NCBI RefSeq assembly: GCF_009914755.1 | Contig: NC_060942.1 | Origin: the human T2T-CHM13v2.0 reference genome, Homo sapiens | Direction: 5' to 3' (one strand) | Length of the DNA: 64,000 bases | Shown here: positions 28,871-42,435 of the stretch, in pieces | Position numbering within the stretch: position 1 is the first letter of the stretch | How the letters are laid out: each line of letters begins with the position of its first letter | Translations under genes and position numbers: made by a program | The notes under the pieces: generated by a model | What the model was told of the DNA's origin: nothing | The model's input: only the letters and a program-made list of their open reading frames with translations | Databases searched by the model: none

Positions 28871-29517
28871 TGCGTAGATGAACTGCATTTATGGTTGGAT
28901 GTTTCCTTTCACAAACTGCAGAAATCATCTGTCCCAGTGTTTCTGTAAGAATAAGTAGTTGGCATTTTACAGTCCTCCAGGGAAAGCCAATGTCCATTTC
29001 TCTTTGCCTATAGAGTGAGGCTCTGCCTTCCCTGGAGTCTTCGGCCTTCTCTGGAGTCTTGGATAATTATTGTCTATTTGGCAGAATTAGCATGATTGGT
29101 ACTATCCTAAGTGTCTAATTTTGAGTACTAGAAAAAAAAGTTTAGCTTAGATATATGTTGTGTATAGATGCCTTTGTTGCTTAAAAACTTTAGTGTGTCT
29201 TGCTTAGCTAAGTAGATATCAAGTTTCTTCTATACAGGAGCTATAGTAGATGCCACTGGTATACCCACTCCATACTTCCTGCTACAGTGTGTCTTAAATG
29301 ATGATCTCAAAGTATTGCTTATTTCCTTACTTGACTTTGTAAACAGATTTCACTTCTGGTTGTAAAAAGAATGTATGTTCACTTTTGGCAATAGAAAAGT
29401 AAAAAGAAGAAAAGGAAAAATTTCCATACTATTACTTCCCAATGAGACCACTAATAACATTTTGGTGTATGTAATTTGTTTGTTTGTGCAGGTGATATAG
29501 ACGTATTGTAGGTGACA

Positions 29518-29985
29518 CTGTGGGTTGTCTCAGAATAGCCATTTCTCTTTATTTTCATTGCTATCAGCATGTGGTTTTGTGTAGGCTTCCATAGCCACGT
29601 GTTTGGGGGATGCTGGCTGTCGACAGCTATTCAGGTCTCATTTTTCTAGGCCAATGATTGCTTAAGGCCTGGGCACTGGAATCAAGCCTGGGCAATGGGA
29701 CCTGAGGAGACATCTGCCGGCAGTGCGGGCTTGTAAAATAGAAGCACGGGAAAGATGCCTCTTCTTCACTGGACATGGCCCTGTCTGCATCCTTGGACTA
29801 CAAGGGGAGCCACTGCAGAGTGGAGAGATGAAGAGCTCACTTATTCTTGAGAAGCCACCAAATGCATCAGCTCCAAAATGCCGTTCTTGGGCTTCCTATT
29901 ATGTGAGATGACAAGTGGCCTTCTCATTTAAATCACTTTCAACTGTGTTTCCTGTTACTTTCAGCCAAAATCATCCTAACTTATC
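29518..29985 (+). mobile_element. Old MLT1 (K/L-like) LTR
   Basis: ggccaatgattgcttaagg...cttcctattatgtgagat...tttaaatcactt...tcctgttactttcagccaaaatcatcctaac. Confidence 0.55.
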
Positions 29986-30431
29986 TTGCATTCTTTCCTC
30001 AATAGTATATTGTATGCACTTACCTAGTCATACAATATTCTTCACAAGGAAACCCTGCATAATGGTAGTTGCTATTTGCTTGGGTCTCTCCTCACAGGTC
30101 TCTGAACTCCTCGAGGGCAGAGATGAGGGGTTTTTGTTTGTTTTATGGTATTTTTTCTGTCTCATAATCAGACCTTAACACAATGTCTGGCACAATGTAG
30201 ACACTAAGATTCTGTGGAATGCGGGGACTGATGACTGAATTCCTTATTGTGGCTAAAAGGCCCTGGTAGAAGGTGACAAGTATTTATTGAGCATGACAGA
30301 TTGTCTTCACTGTTCTCCAGGGAGCTGTCCTTATGAAATTCAAATTCACGTGTGAGTTTGCATTTGCTGAAGGTAAATCTTAAAAAAAAAAAAAAAAAAA
30401 AACAAAACAAAACTATAACAAGTTAGTCTGA

Positions 30432-30760
<329 letters not shown>

Positions 30761-30815
30761 TAAAATTGCGAATTTGATAGCAATTTAAAAATAAAAGGTA
30801 AGGGTGGTGGTGTAG

Positions 30816-31156
<341 letters not shown>

Positions 31157-31642
31157 GAAAAGAATTCTTTACAAAGCTATGCTGAAGAATTTATTTCTTT
31201 GGGGGGATTTAGGGTACATGTTTATCTTTTTACTTTTCTTTTTAAATATAAGGGTGCTACTTACTCGTTTGGATGAATGTGGTCGGGTCCTCTGATTATT
31301 GCTCCCCTAACCTCTTGTGCTTCCCATGTCACAAAATACACACTCCAGCGTCCATAGACACTGTCCATAGACTACCTGATGGTGCACGTTTCCTGCTATA
31401 CGGGAAGCTCGGCACTTCCTAGTTGTTCCATAAATACCTGCTCAATGAATGATTAAAAATTGAGGCGGCGGAATTCGTCTTAGCCGTCCAAGAGCTGAGT
31501 CTGCAATCTGGACTATACGTGGAAAAACGAGACAAGCAGGGGCGACACTGGGGGAGAGGAGGGAGGGGAAGGCAGAGGAAAGAAGCAGCTCATCTTCGCC
31601 CCACCCCGAGCCGTCCTAAGGAAATGCACTAATAGGAAACTT

Positions 31643-31656
31643 GCACAAGGGGGCAG
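31643..31656 (+). promoter_or_regulatory. Candidate CTCF core motif
   Basis: GCACAAGGGGGCAG resembles the CTCF core CCACNAGGGGGCRG and lies in a locally CpG-retaining unique segment; motif match only. Confidence 0.35.
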
Positions 31657-33355
31657 GGCAGAGCCGCGGTGAACGCCAACCTGTTGGCTCTTGGTCTTTG
31701 CTAATGGTATTCTTTAAATAGTATTGGTTAATACGGAGTTGGTTTGAAAATACAATTTCTCTTGTTAAAAGGCACTGGAAGACCCAAACCCTTCTTTCAC
31801 AGTGTCATCATGCATTCCAGAAAACACATTTTTTGTTTTGTTAAATAGGTACAAAATATGCATTTGATGGTCCTCACGTGCTTTCTGTGGCCTCTGCAGG
31901 AGAGTTAAATTGGTTCCAGAAAAGAGCCAAGAAGTTCATGGATTTCTGACAATTCACCCCCAAGGCTTGACCTCCACTTCTGCAGTGAATATGGGCTAAT
32001 GAAAGGGCGCTGAACTGGAATTTTACAAAGATGGATTCTAGTCCAGGTTTTCTCTCTGATTAGCTGTGTGGCTTTAAGTCATTTAACATCTCTGGGACAT
32101 ATTTTTCTTATTTGCAAAACAGAGGGACTTATTAAGGGCATTTCTCAATCCAATACAACTATGGCTTGCAAACTGTCTAAATTCTCTACTAAAGATCACA
32201 GAAGTAAGAAAAAAAAAGAGGGTGAGGAGGGCTAAGAAGAACCAAGTTGTAAGAACTCACGAGAGGAGCAGAAGAGGAGGTGCAAAGGCATGGGTTGGTA
32301 AAGAGGTACCTCATTTTGAGAAAACACTGGACTAAGTTTTCTTCAAGCTCTACATTCTGAGGTTCTGCTACTTCTTATTTTGTATCTCCATTTGGATATC
32401 TACCACAGACTCAACTTGCTCCACATCAAAGTCATTTCTCCTCCCCATAAACCATCTCTTTCCCAGCGTCCATGCCTGCTGGTGGGTAGCACACTGAATG
32501 TCACCTACACCCAACCCTGGAGTCCTTGCCAGCCATTGTCTCTGTTTCCTACCATAGAGCTAAACTCTAGTGAGGGAGACAGTGAAAGGGTCAACAAATA
32601 CATATGCCAATATAAACACTGATGAATTCCATAAAGAAAGGAAAGATTCTTAATCAAAAATAACGTGAATATGCATATGAGATAAAGAAAAGAGCCTAGT
32701 TTGGGTGGCAGAGGTCTCTGGGAAGATGACATTTAAGTTGAGATCTGAAGCAGGAGCCTACCAGATGGGTAGGGGTGGAGAGGGTAGAGAGGGGGTGGCG
32801 GAAGTGCATACAGAGGCTCTGGGGCTGCAGAGGGTGCGTCAGAGGAGACTGAGTGTTGAGAGGACCAGCGTGACGTGGGGGTAGTGAACAAGCCATAAAG
32901 GGGCAAGACACAGTTGAAGAGGCATACAGCATTCTTCAGGCCAACCAGGGAATGATTTTATTCTAGGAAAATGGTCAGTCATCTTTTATTTAGTCCTCTT
33001 ATTCATCATCTATATGCAATCAGCCATCAAATCTGGTTAATATGTGTTGAACATCTTTTCTGTCTCTTACATTGTTTTCATTTTTAATGTCTGGTCTCGG
33101 CCTTCACCTCACGTGCAGACAATCTCTTCATTGCCTCTCCTGGCTCCAGGTCTCTTCCCTCTCCCTGACTATCCCTCCTACCCACTACCCGCCCTTAACA
33201 TTTCTTCTCACTAAGTCTGCAAACTGCTGCCAACTGATGTTCCTCAATGCTTCTTTCATTCTATTATGCCATCACTCAGAATCTTCCATGGCTTCCTAAT
33301 GTCTATCAAATAATGAATAAATTCCTCTTTCCTTAAGAGGTATCCCCATTTTGGC

Positions 33356-35691
33356 TGATATGCTTTGACTGTGTCCCCACCCAAATCTCATCTTGAATTG
33401 TAGTACCCACGATACACACGTGTCATGGGAGGGACTCAGTAGGATGTAATTGAATCATGGGGGCAGTTACCCCCATGCTGCTGTTCTCATGAAAGTGAGT
33501 TCTCATGACATCTGATGGTTTTATAAGGGAGTTTCCCCCTTTGCTTGACACTTCTCCTTTCTGCCACCATGTGAAGAAGGACATGTTTGCTTCCCTTTCC
33601 ACCATAATTGTAAGTTTCCTGAGGCCTCCCCAGCCCTGCAGAACTGTGAGTCAATTAAACCTCTTTCCTTTATAAATTACCCAGTCTTAGACAATTCTTT
33701 ATAGCAGCATAAGAACAGACTAATAGAGTAAATTGGTACCAGTAGAGTGGGGTGCTGCTATAAGGATACCTGAAATATGAAAGTGACTTTGCAACTAGGT
33801 AACAGGCAGAGGCTGGAAGAGTTTGGAGGGCTCAGAAGAAGACAACAGGAAAATGTGGGAAATTTTGGAGCTTCCTAGAGACTTGGAGGGCTCAGGAGAC
33901 AGGAAGATGTGGGAAAGTTTGGAATTTCCTAGAGACATGGTGAATGGCTTTGACCAAAATGCTGATAGTGACATGGACGATGAAGTCCAGGGTGAGGTGG
34001 TCTCAAATGGAGATGAGGAACTTGTTGGGAACTGAAACAAAGATGATTCTTGCTATGCTTTAGCAAAGAGACTGGCGGCATTTTGCCTCTGCCCTAGAGA
34101 TTTGTTGAACTTTGAACTTAAGAGAGATGATTTAGGGTATCTGGTGGAAGAAATTTCTAAGAGTCAAAGCTTTCAAGAGGAAGCACAGCATAAAAGTTTG
34201 GAAAATTTGCAGCCTAATGATGCAATAGAAAAGAAAACCCCATTTTCTGGGGAGAAATTCAAGCCAGCTGCAGAAATTTGCATAAGTAATGAGGAGCCAA
34301 ATGTTAATCACCAAGACAATGGGGAAAATGTCCCCAGGGCATATCAGAGAACTTCATGGCAGCCATTCCCATCACAGGCCCAGAGGCCTAAGAGGGAAAA
34401 ATGGTTTTGTGGGCAAGACCCAGGGACCCCTTGCTCTGTGCAGCCTCAGGACATGGTGACCTGCATCCCAGCTGCTTCAGCTCCAGCCATGGCTAAAAGG
34501 AGCCAAGGCAAAACTCAGGCTTCAGAGGGTGCAAGTCCCAAGCCTTGGCGGCTTCCATGTGGTGTTAAGCCTGTGGGTACACAGAAGTCAAGAACTGAGG
34601 TCTGGGAACCTCCACCTAGATTTCAGAGGACATACGGAAATGCCTGGATGTCCAGGCAGAAGTTTGCTGCAGTGGCGGAGCCTTCATGGAGAATTTCCAC
34701 TAGGGCAGTGTGGGAGGGAGATGTGGGGTCGAGCCCCTACGAGGAGTGCCCACTGGGGCACTGGCTAGTGGAACTGTGAGAAGAGGACCACCATCCTTCA
34801 GACCTCAGAATGGCAGATCTACTGACAGCTTGCACCATGCACCTGGAAAAGCCACAGACATTCAATGCTAGCCCATGAAAACAGCTGGAAGGGAGGATGT
34901 ACCCTGCAAAGCCATAGGGGTAGAGCTGCCCAAGGCCATGGGAGTCCACCTCTTGCATCAGCATGACCTGGATATGAGACATGGAATCAAAGGAGATCAT
35001 TTTGGAAATGTAAGGTTTGGTGACTGCCCTGTTGAATTTCAGACTTGTGTGGGACCTGTAGTTCTTTGTTTTGACCAATTTCTCCCAATTTGAACAGGTT
35101 TTTCCCAACGCCTGTACCCCCATTGTATCTGGGAAGAAACTAAGTTACTTTTGATTTTGCAGGTTCATAGGCAAAAGGGACTTGCCTTGTCTCAGATGAG
35201 ACCTTGGACTTGGACTTTGGGTTAATGCTGGAATGAATTAAGACTTTGGAGGACTGTTGGAAAGGCACGATTGTGTTTTGAAATGTAAGGACATGAGATT
35301 TGGCAGGGGCGGGGGAGGAACGATATGGTTTGACTGTGTCCCCACGCCATGTCTCATCTTGAATTGTAGTTCCCATAATCCCCATGTGTCATGGGAGGGA
35401 CCGAGTGGGAGATAAATGAATCATAGGGGTGGTTACCTCCATGCTGTTCTCATGATAGTTAGTTCTCATGAGATCTGATGGTTTTATAAGGTGCTTTTCC
35501 CCTTTTGCTCAGCACTTCTCCTTCCTGCCACCATGTGGAGAAGGACATGTTTGTTTCCCCTTCCACCATGATTGTAAGTTTCCTGAGGCTTCCCCAGCCC
35601 TGCAGAACTGTGAGTCAATTAAACTTCTTTCCTTTATAAATTATTCAGTCTTTGGCAGTTCTTTATAGCAGTGTAAGAATTGACTAATACA
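33356..35691 (+). mobile_element. Full-length THE1 (THE1C-like) MaLR element: LTR-internal-LTR
   Basis: 5' LTR 33356-33727, internal region 33728-35320 with MaLR ORF remnant and polypurine tract aggggcgggggaggaa, 3' LTR 35321-35691; near-perfect 5-bp TSD ttggc/ttggg. Confidence 0.93.
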
Positions 35692-36494
35692 TTGGGTATT
35701 CTGTTGTAATGTCCTATAACATTGTTCCTTCATGCTACAAGAAGCCCCATTCATAAATAAGATCCCAGGCATCTTCATGCATTTAAGTTTTAGTGATGAT
35801 GCAGTAGGTGTCTTTTGCCTCTCTAGTCCCCCTTCCTAACAGGATCCAGCATTTCCTTCTCATTTCCATATCTCTTCCACATAGTCCACCCTGGCCAGAC
35901 CATATATTCCCCTTCCTTGGCTACAACTGTTGCCTTGGAGAGAGCATGCAGAGTGGCCCAAATCAGGTCAATCAGAGTGTATTTGGGACTTCTGAATCCT
36001 AGAACAAAGATGCTCTGTCCTGGATGATGTACATAAGGATGTGAAGCCTGGAACTGCTCTGGTCATTTTGCCACCATGAGGTTTAGGCTGTAGCTAACAC
36101 CGTGAAGGCACAGTGAAGACATGGAAAGACACTGGATCCTTCCTTAATGGGACACTGAACTTTACAGTTTCATGAGCCAAAAAAAAAAACAAAAAAAAAA
36201 ACCTTTTATTGTTGGAGCCAACTCGATTAGGACTTTCTGTTGCTTGCAATCAAGAGCATCCAAACAGCTTAAGCCTATGCCAGCACTGTTCCAGAAAAGT
36301 CCTTATTCTCATGAAGCTAACCTCCTACCACAGGGCTTGAGGGAAGCAGACCAAAAACCAAGAAATAAATAAATAAGATAACTTTATCTATTGGTAAGTT
36401 CAATGAAGAAAACAACAAAATGATAGAGACAGCTTGGGCAGAGGGATGGCTACTTTAGATCTGGGAGTGAGGGAAGGCTTCCCTGAGGAGGTGA

Positions 36495-36795
36495 TTTTTT
36501 TTTTTTTTTTTTTTTGAGGCAAGGTCTTGCTCCATCACCCAGGGTGGAGTGCAGTGGTGCAATTACGGCTCACCACAGCCTCCACTTCCTGGCTCAATTA
36601 ATCCTCCTACCTCAGCTCCTGAGGGGCTGGGACCACAGGCACGGGCCACCATGCCTGGCTAACTTTTTTGTTGTTTGGTTGAGACAGGGTCTCTATATGT
36701 TGCCTAGGCTGGTTTTGAATTCCTAGCCTCAAATGATCCTCCCTCTTTGGCCTTCCAAAGTGCTGGGAATATAGACACGAGTCCCTGTGCCCAGC
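36495..36795 (-). mobile_element. Alu SINE (AluJ-like) inside an antisense L2 fragment
   Basis: Poly-T and diverged antisense Alu; flanks have the L2 motif gggaaggcttccctgaggaggtga. Confidence 0.9.
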
Positions 36796-37281
36796 AGGAA
36801 GTAATATTTAATAAGAAACAAGACCTATCCATGGGCAGATGAGGGGGAAGAAGATTTCAGGCAAAGGGATCAGCCAGTGCAAAGGCTGTGCAATGGGAAA
36901 TTGCCTGGTGGATTACAAGAACAGAAAGGAGCCACTACGGCTGAACAAAGGGCATGAATAGCAAATAATGGTATCAAATAAAAAGTATGGAATAATGATG
37001 CTTGTTCCTCTTTCTTAATTACATCCCCCTCTTTCTAAACATCTTTTGAAGATTTCAAGGCCTAACTTATGCCCCACCTCCTTCTTGAACTCTCCCTGAC
37101 TGAGCTAAGAATCACTTCTCCTTTGTACTAATGAGTTCCTGGGCTCTCCCCTCCTTTGCACCTGGAAACTGGAAATTGGAAAGTAGCTCCCATGTACTGT
37201 CTTCTACAGCTTTTGATTTTTTTCTTATGATTTTGTTGACTCTCCTCAATTTGATTCTAGTCTTTGAGACAATCTTCTGGG

Positions 37282-37284
<3 letters not shown>

Positions 37285-37317
<33 letters not shown>
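37285..37317. repeat. (TG)n microsatellite
   Basis: About 16 uninterrupted TG units. Confidence 0.97.
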
Positions 37318-37410
37318 CTATAACAAAAGCTTAATGCCAGTAAGCCTAACTGTTGTGAAAACACACCAAGCTTCTAGATTTACTGTTTCGCTACCAGGGT
37401 GCATTTGAAA

Positions 37411-37492
37411 TATTAGATTGAACCATGTACAATTGTCATTCATTGTGGGGTCAAAAATATCAAGCATCAGCATTGTCATATGGCTCAACACA
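37411..37492. mobile_element. MADE2-like mariner MITE
   Basis: About 80-bp imperfect palindrome with termini ttagattgaaccatgtacaattg and cattgtcatatggctcaac, preceded by TA. Confidence 0.65.
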
Positions 37493-39280
37493 CACTAAAA
37501 CATCATTTTAAATGACAATATAGTTCAATTGTGCAACTAATTATCCCAATGCATTGGTCATGGTTCCAGAAAAATTCTCTTTTTGGAACCTGGGTCCTCT
37601 AAGGAAATGCTCTGTTGTAATGAAGCTATGTATCTTTGGCCACCTGACTTCCCTTAAATTAGTTGTTTGCAGCAAATAATTAAAACAGCAACAATAAACA
37701 ACACTATGCAATTTAGCATTTGTTTTCATTTAGGCTTAGATGCTGCATTTGAATTCTATGATGTCATTAGTTTTTAGTGATACAATTTGAGGAAAGCAAT
37801 GGGATATTAGTACATATGTGACCTTAGTCAAGAAATTCCTGGCCACTCTTAGTAGAAGCCATGACTGTACCTAGTTATCCATAAAGGAAGAATCCACCTG
37901 GTTCTTGCTGTAGGAACTTGGTGGTGGAACTGCTTTACCATGCCTGACTGGAAGAAGACAAGCCAGAGCCCCCAGGGATCTGCAGGCTGCCGGGAGGTTG
38001 CCTTGGCCCCCACCCCAGTTCCCACCATGTGATCTGCCAGGAGTGGTGAAAATTATAACCTTCCCTGGGCTAGAGGCCCTCCTTTCCCTCCAAAATGGTA
38101 AAGTGGCCATATAATTTACTTTTGTTTTATGAGTCTGTGTTCTCTATGTAAGATACATGTTTCAGAGTTAATCATTTATTTTTCATCCAGACTAAAACAT
38201 TTATATAAGCCTTTGGACCTCAATCTTCTCACTTGTAAACAGGACCTAGACTAAATATTTCTAAGGTCATTTTTGGTAACAGGCCATGTGGTTGACCAAT
38301 GACATTTTCATTGGTAAGATATTAATGCATCTATAATACACACACACACATGCACACACACACACACAGACCTTTTTTCATAGATCTGATTTTTATCATA
38401 ATTCCCATGTACCATTTCCATGCAAGTTTCTTTTAAAAAGTGGAAATAAATCTTCTTACGGGCAATTCACATTTTGTGAACAACTTCATTACAGCTCAAC
38501 CAAATTTCTTCAAACATGCCAAAGGCACTAAGAAGGTCAACTTGAAAGTTCTAAAGGAAGCAGTTTGCATTTGGGAAATAAAATAGTAAAAAAAAAAAAG
38601 TGTCTGAGTGATTTCTTAAGTGGTGAAATCCCCCTTTTTTTGCCCTTTTTCTTGTGTTTTAAAAATAGCCTAAATTAAACCTTACTCAACTTTCTACAAA
38701 AAAAATATACCTTTAGGCTGAGAGACAGCATTAGAAATTTCATCCTAAAGAATTATTTTTGGGGAAGGGGTATGGGGTGGAGTTATAAGAGCCTGAAGAT
38801 AGAGGCTTCTAATTAAATTGGCCTCTCAACCAGAACTGCAGAGTCTATGCTATAATCACCACAATTTGGTTTAAATCTGGGACAGAATGATAATTTTGTT
38901 AGTTCAGAGGTTTTTAAACTATGGCTCATAACTGCTGGAGAGTTTCCGATTACTCTTCTAGGTTCTGCAAGGCATGTGTATTTGCTGGGGGACCAGGGGA
39001 CTTTTAGTAAATGAATAAATAGGAGAGATTTTTACAGTCTCAGGGAGTTTAAGTGGGTCTCAAGATGATCAGGAAGTGCTGGAGTTGTCTTTCTGGCTTT
39101 GCAGATGGCAACAAATCTACAACAAATTATGAGGGAGGAAGTGTGGAAGGGTTTTCTTACTTTTGGTGATGGATTTGCCTTTATTCATCTGCACCCTCCA
39201 TCCCAGTTGGTGTGCAGTGCAGGCTTGAGGAGAAAAAGCTAGTGACGGGAGCTGTAAAAGGAGAAAAGCGTAAAATTGGG

Positions 39281-39336
39281 CCAGCCCATGACCTTAGCCT
39301 CTGCCCTGCAAGCTAACCAACTGAGCTAACCAACCA
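39281..39336 (-). pseudogene. Degenerate tRNA-like relic (tRNA-Ile-like or MamSINE1-type head)
   Basis: Minus strand reads tggttggttagctcagttggttagcttgcagggcagaggctaaggtcatgggctgg. The D-arm/A-box part matches tRNA-Ile GGTTAGCTCAGTTGGTTAG; the B-box has decayed. Confidence 0.55.
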
Positions 39337-39738
39337 TAAGTGAAACAGATCATTCACTCCTTAATTTGTTCAATAATATTGATTGAATGCAATAAGTAAG
39401 TAAGGTGCAAGGTGCAGAAGATACCAAGGCAGAAGAGGTAGGCAGAGCCAGAAGTTTACACTCTTGAGGGAGCAGACATTCATGGATAAACATGCAGGTA
39501 AATGTTAATTACAATTGTAATAAGAGCTGTGATAGAAATGTCAAGGTTTCCCGAGAGCACAGAGCAGAGCAGCTGAGCCTAGTTTGGGCAATGGACCCTG
39601 CGAAAGGGACATTTACATTGCAACCTCAAAGATGAGGAGAAAAATGGACGAGGCAAAGTGTTGTGAGATCAGCATTCCAGTCCAAGGGACCAGCATGTGC
39701 AAAGTCCCTGAGTTGGGAAAGAGATTGACCCCCCCGCC

Positions 39739-39962
<224 letters not shown>

Positions 39963-40009
39963 AGCTTGGCCCTTTCAAGGAACAAGAAAGAAGCCTCGTC
40001 TGTCCAGAG

Positions 40010-41040
40010 CAGTGGTTCCTGAGGTATAGCCCACAGAACCCTGGGGTCCCTTGAGACCCATATGAAAGATCAGCAAGGTCAAAACTGTGTTCATAATAAT
40101 ACTAAGGTGTTATTTGCTTTTTCACTGTGATGACATTTATCCGAATGGTGCAAAAGCAATGATGGGTAAAACTGCTGGTGCCTTCCTGCTAATACAGGCA
40201 ACAGCAGCACACTACATGAGTGATCACTGTATCTTTCACTGCTGCACACCCCCAGTTTTTAAAAAAATCCAGTTTCACTTAACAAAGCAGTAAAAATTGT
40301 TAATTTTATTAAGTCTTGACCCTTGAGTATATGTCTTTTTTTGTTTTTTTAGAGGTAAGGTCTCACTGTCATCCAGGCTGGAGTACATTGGCACAATGAC
40401 GGCTCACTGCAGCCTCAAACTCCTGGGCTCAAAAGGTCATCCTACCACAGGCTTCTGAGTAGCTAGGACTATAGGCATGCCACCATGCCCAGAAGCTTTT
40501 TAAGAATATTTTGTAGAAACAGGGTCTTGCCATGTTGCCCAGGCTGGTCTCAAATTCCTGGACTCTTAGGAATTTGAGAGGCCAAGGTGATCCTCCCACC
40601 ATGGCCTCCCAAAATGTTGGGATTATAGGCATGAGCCACTGTGCCCAGCCCACGTCTGCTTAGTGTTCTGTGTTGCTGACTGGAAAGTATGTATAAAGTA
40701 TTTTTGCTGCACACTGTGCTATGAAGATAATCTCAAGGAAAAGTACTTGTGTGGTTGAGTTGTGAGCTGCACTAGCCACTTTGTCATGGAACGCCATTGT
40801 TATCTGAAAGAGCAAGTGACAGACGAACTATGATCATTGAGTCTTGGGTAACTGGCAGATGTTTCCTTGAATGAAGGATGCTTATCACCTCAAGGAAAAC
40901 AACTGGTTGCTGCTTTGAGACCTTCACTTGAAGCTCTTAAGTGAAAGTTTTAGAATTTTGGAAAACTTCCATCTGCAACTGCGATCTTGATATCCTCCCT
41001 ACACTTATATATGCTTTTCTGATTAGATGGTGGTGATACT
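40010..41040. mobile_element. Charlie1-type hAT DNA transposon fragment interrupted by an Alu
   Basis: cagtggttcc terminus, aaggtcaaaactgtgttcataataatactaag, atggtgcaaaagcaatgatgggtaaaactgctggtgcc and ttagaattttggaaaactt. Confidence 0.75.
40336..40650 (-). mobile_element. Alu SINE (AluJ-like)
   Basis: Antisense Alu containing a short non-Alu insert (ttaggaatttgagaggc) near 40566-40582. Confidence 0.92.
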
Positions 41041-41243
41041 ATTCTAGTTACCTGTCAGACAATATAATCTCTCATTTTGCCACTGAAACTTACCAAAATC
41101 TCCTTTGTGAAAAACTATTTCATTTATAAATAAAGATACTGGAATTCTAAATAGAACAGAATCAAGCACCTTATCAATAAACCAGGTAGGGCTTATTCCA
41201 GGAATGCAAAGTATTTTCATAGCAGGAAATTAACATATCATTA

Positions 41244-41585
41244 CATTCATGTATCACTTAACTATGGAGATATGTTCTGAGAAATGTGTTATTAGGCAAT
41301 TTTGTCCTTCCTTGTTCAAACATCACTAGGTATATTTACACAGACCTAGCTTTTATAGCCTGCTCCACATTTAGGCTATATGGTATAGCCTATTGCTCCT
41401 AGGCCACAAACCTGTACAGCATGTTACTGCACTGAATACTGTAGGCAATAGTAACACAATAGTAAGTATGTGTGTATCTAAACATAGAAAAGGTACAGTA
41501 AAAATAAGGTATTCTAATCTAATGGGACCACTACTGTATATGTGGTCTGTCATTGACTGAAGCATCATTATACAATGCATGACTG
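41244..41585. mobile_element. Tigger3a (MER7A-type) DNA transposon
   Basis: About 340 bp with decayed inverted termini cattcatg...catgactg and internal ggtatagcctattgctcctaggccacaaacctgtacagcatgttactg. Confidence 0.85.
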
Positions 41586-41782
41586 ACGGTACTTCAACAA
41601 TTAAAGGAGAAAATTAATACAAACATATCAGTAAAAGATTATGAGGAATTAGAGGTCAACATAGCAGCTATTCCTAATAAAATTCTAACAAAAATATTAC
41701 TATAAGGAAATCACTTACATAGAATAAAAATATTCCCAAAAAACCCTCCATTAAATGCACTGCAACTTTAAAACCATTTCAT

Positions 41783-42435
<653 letters not shown>

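Noticed and set aside
33624-33638. PRDM9 hotspot motif in the THE1 LTR
   Set aside because: The sequence is cctccccagccct, which does not fit CCNCCNTNNCCNC at the T or at the final C.
33824-33940. About 58-bp tandem duplication in the THE1 internal region
   Set aside because: The two copies are diverged and may be a feature of the subfamily consensus rather than locus-specific; this cannot be settled without the Dfam consensus.
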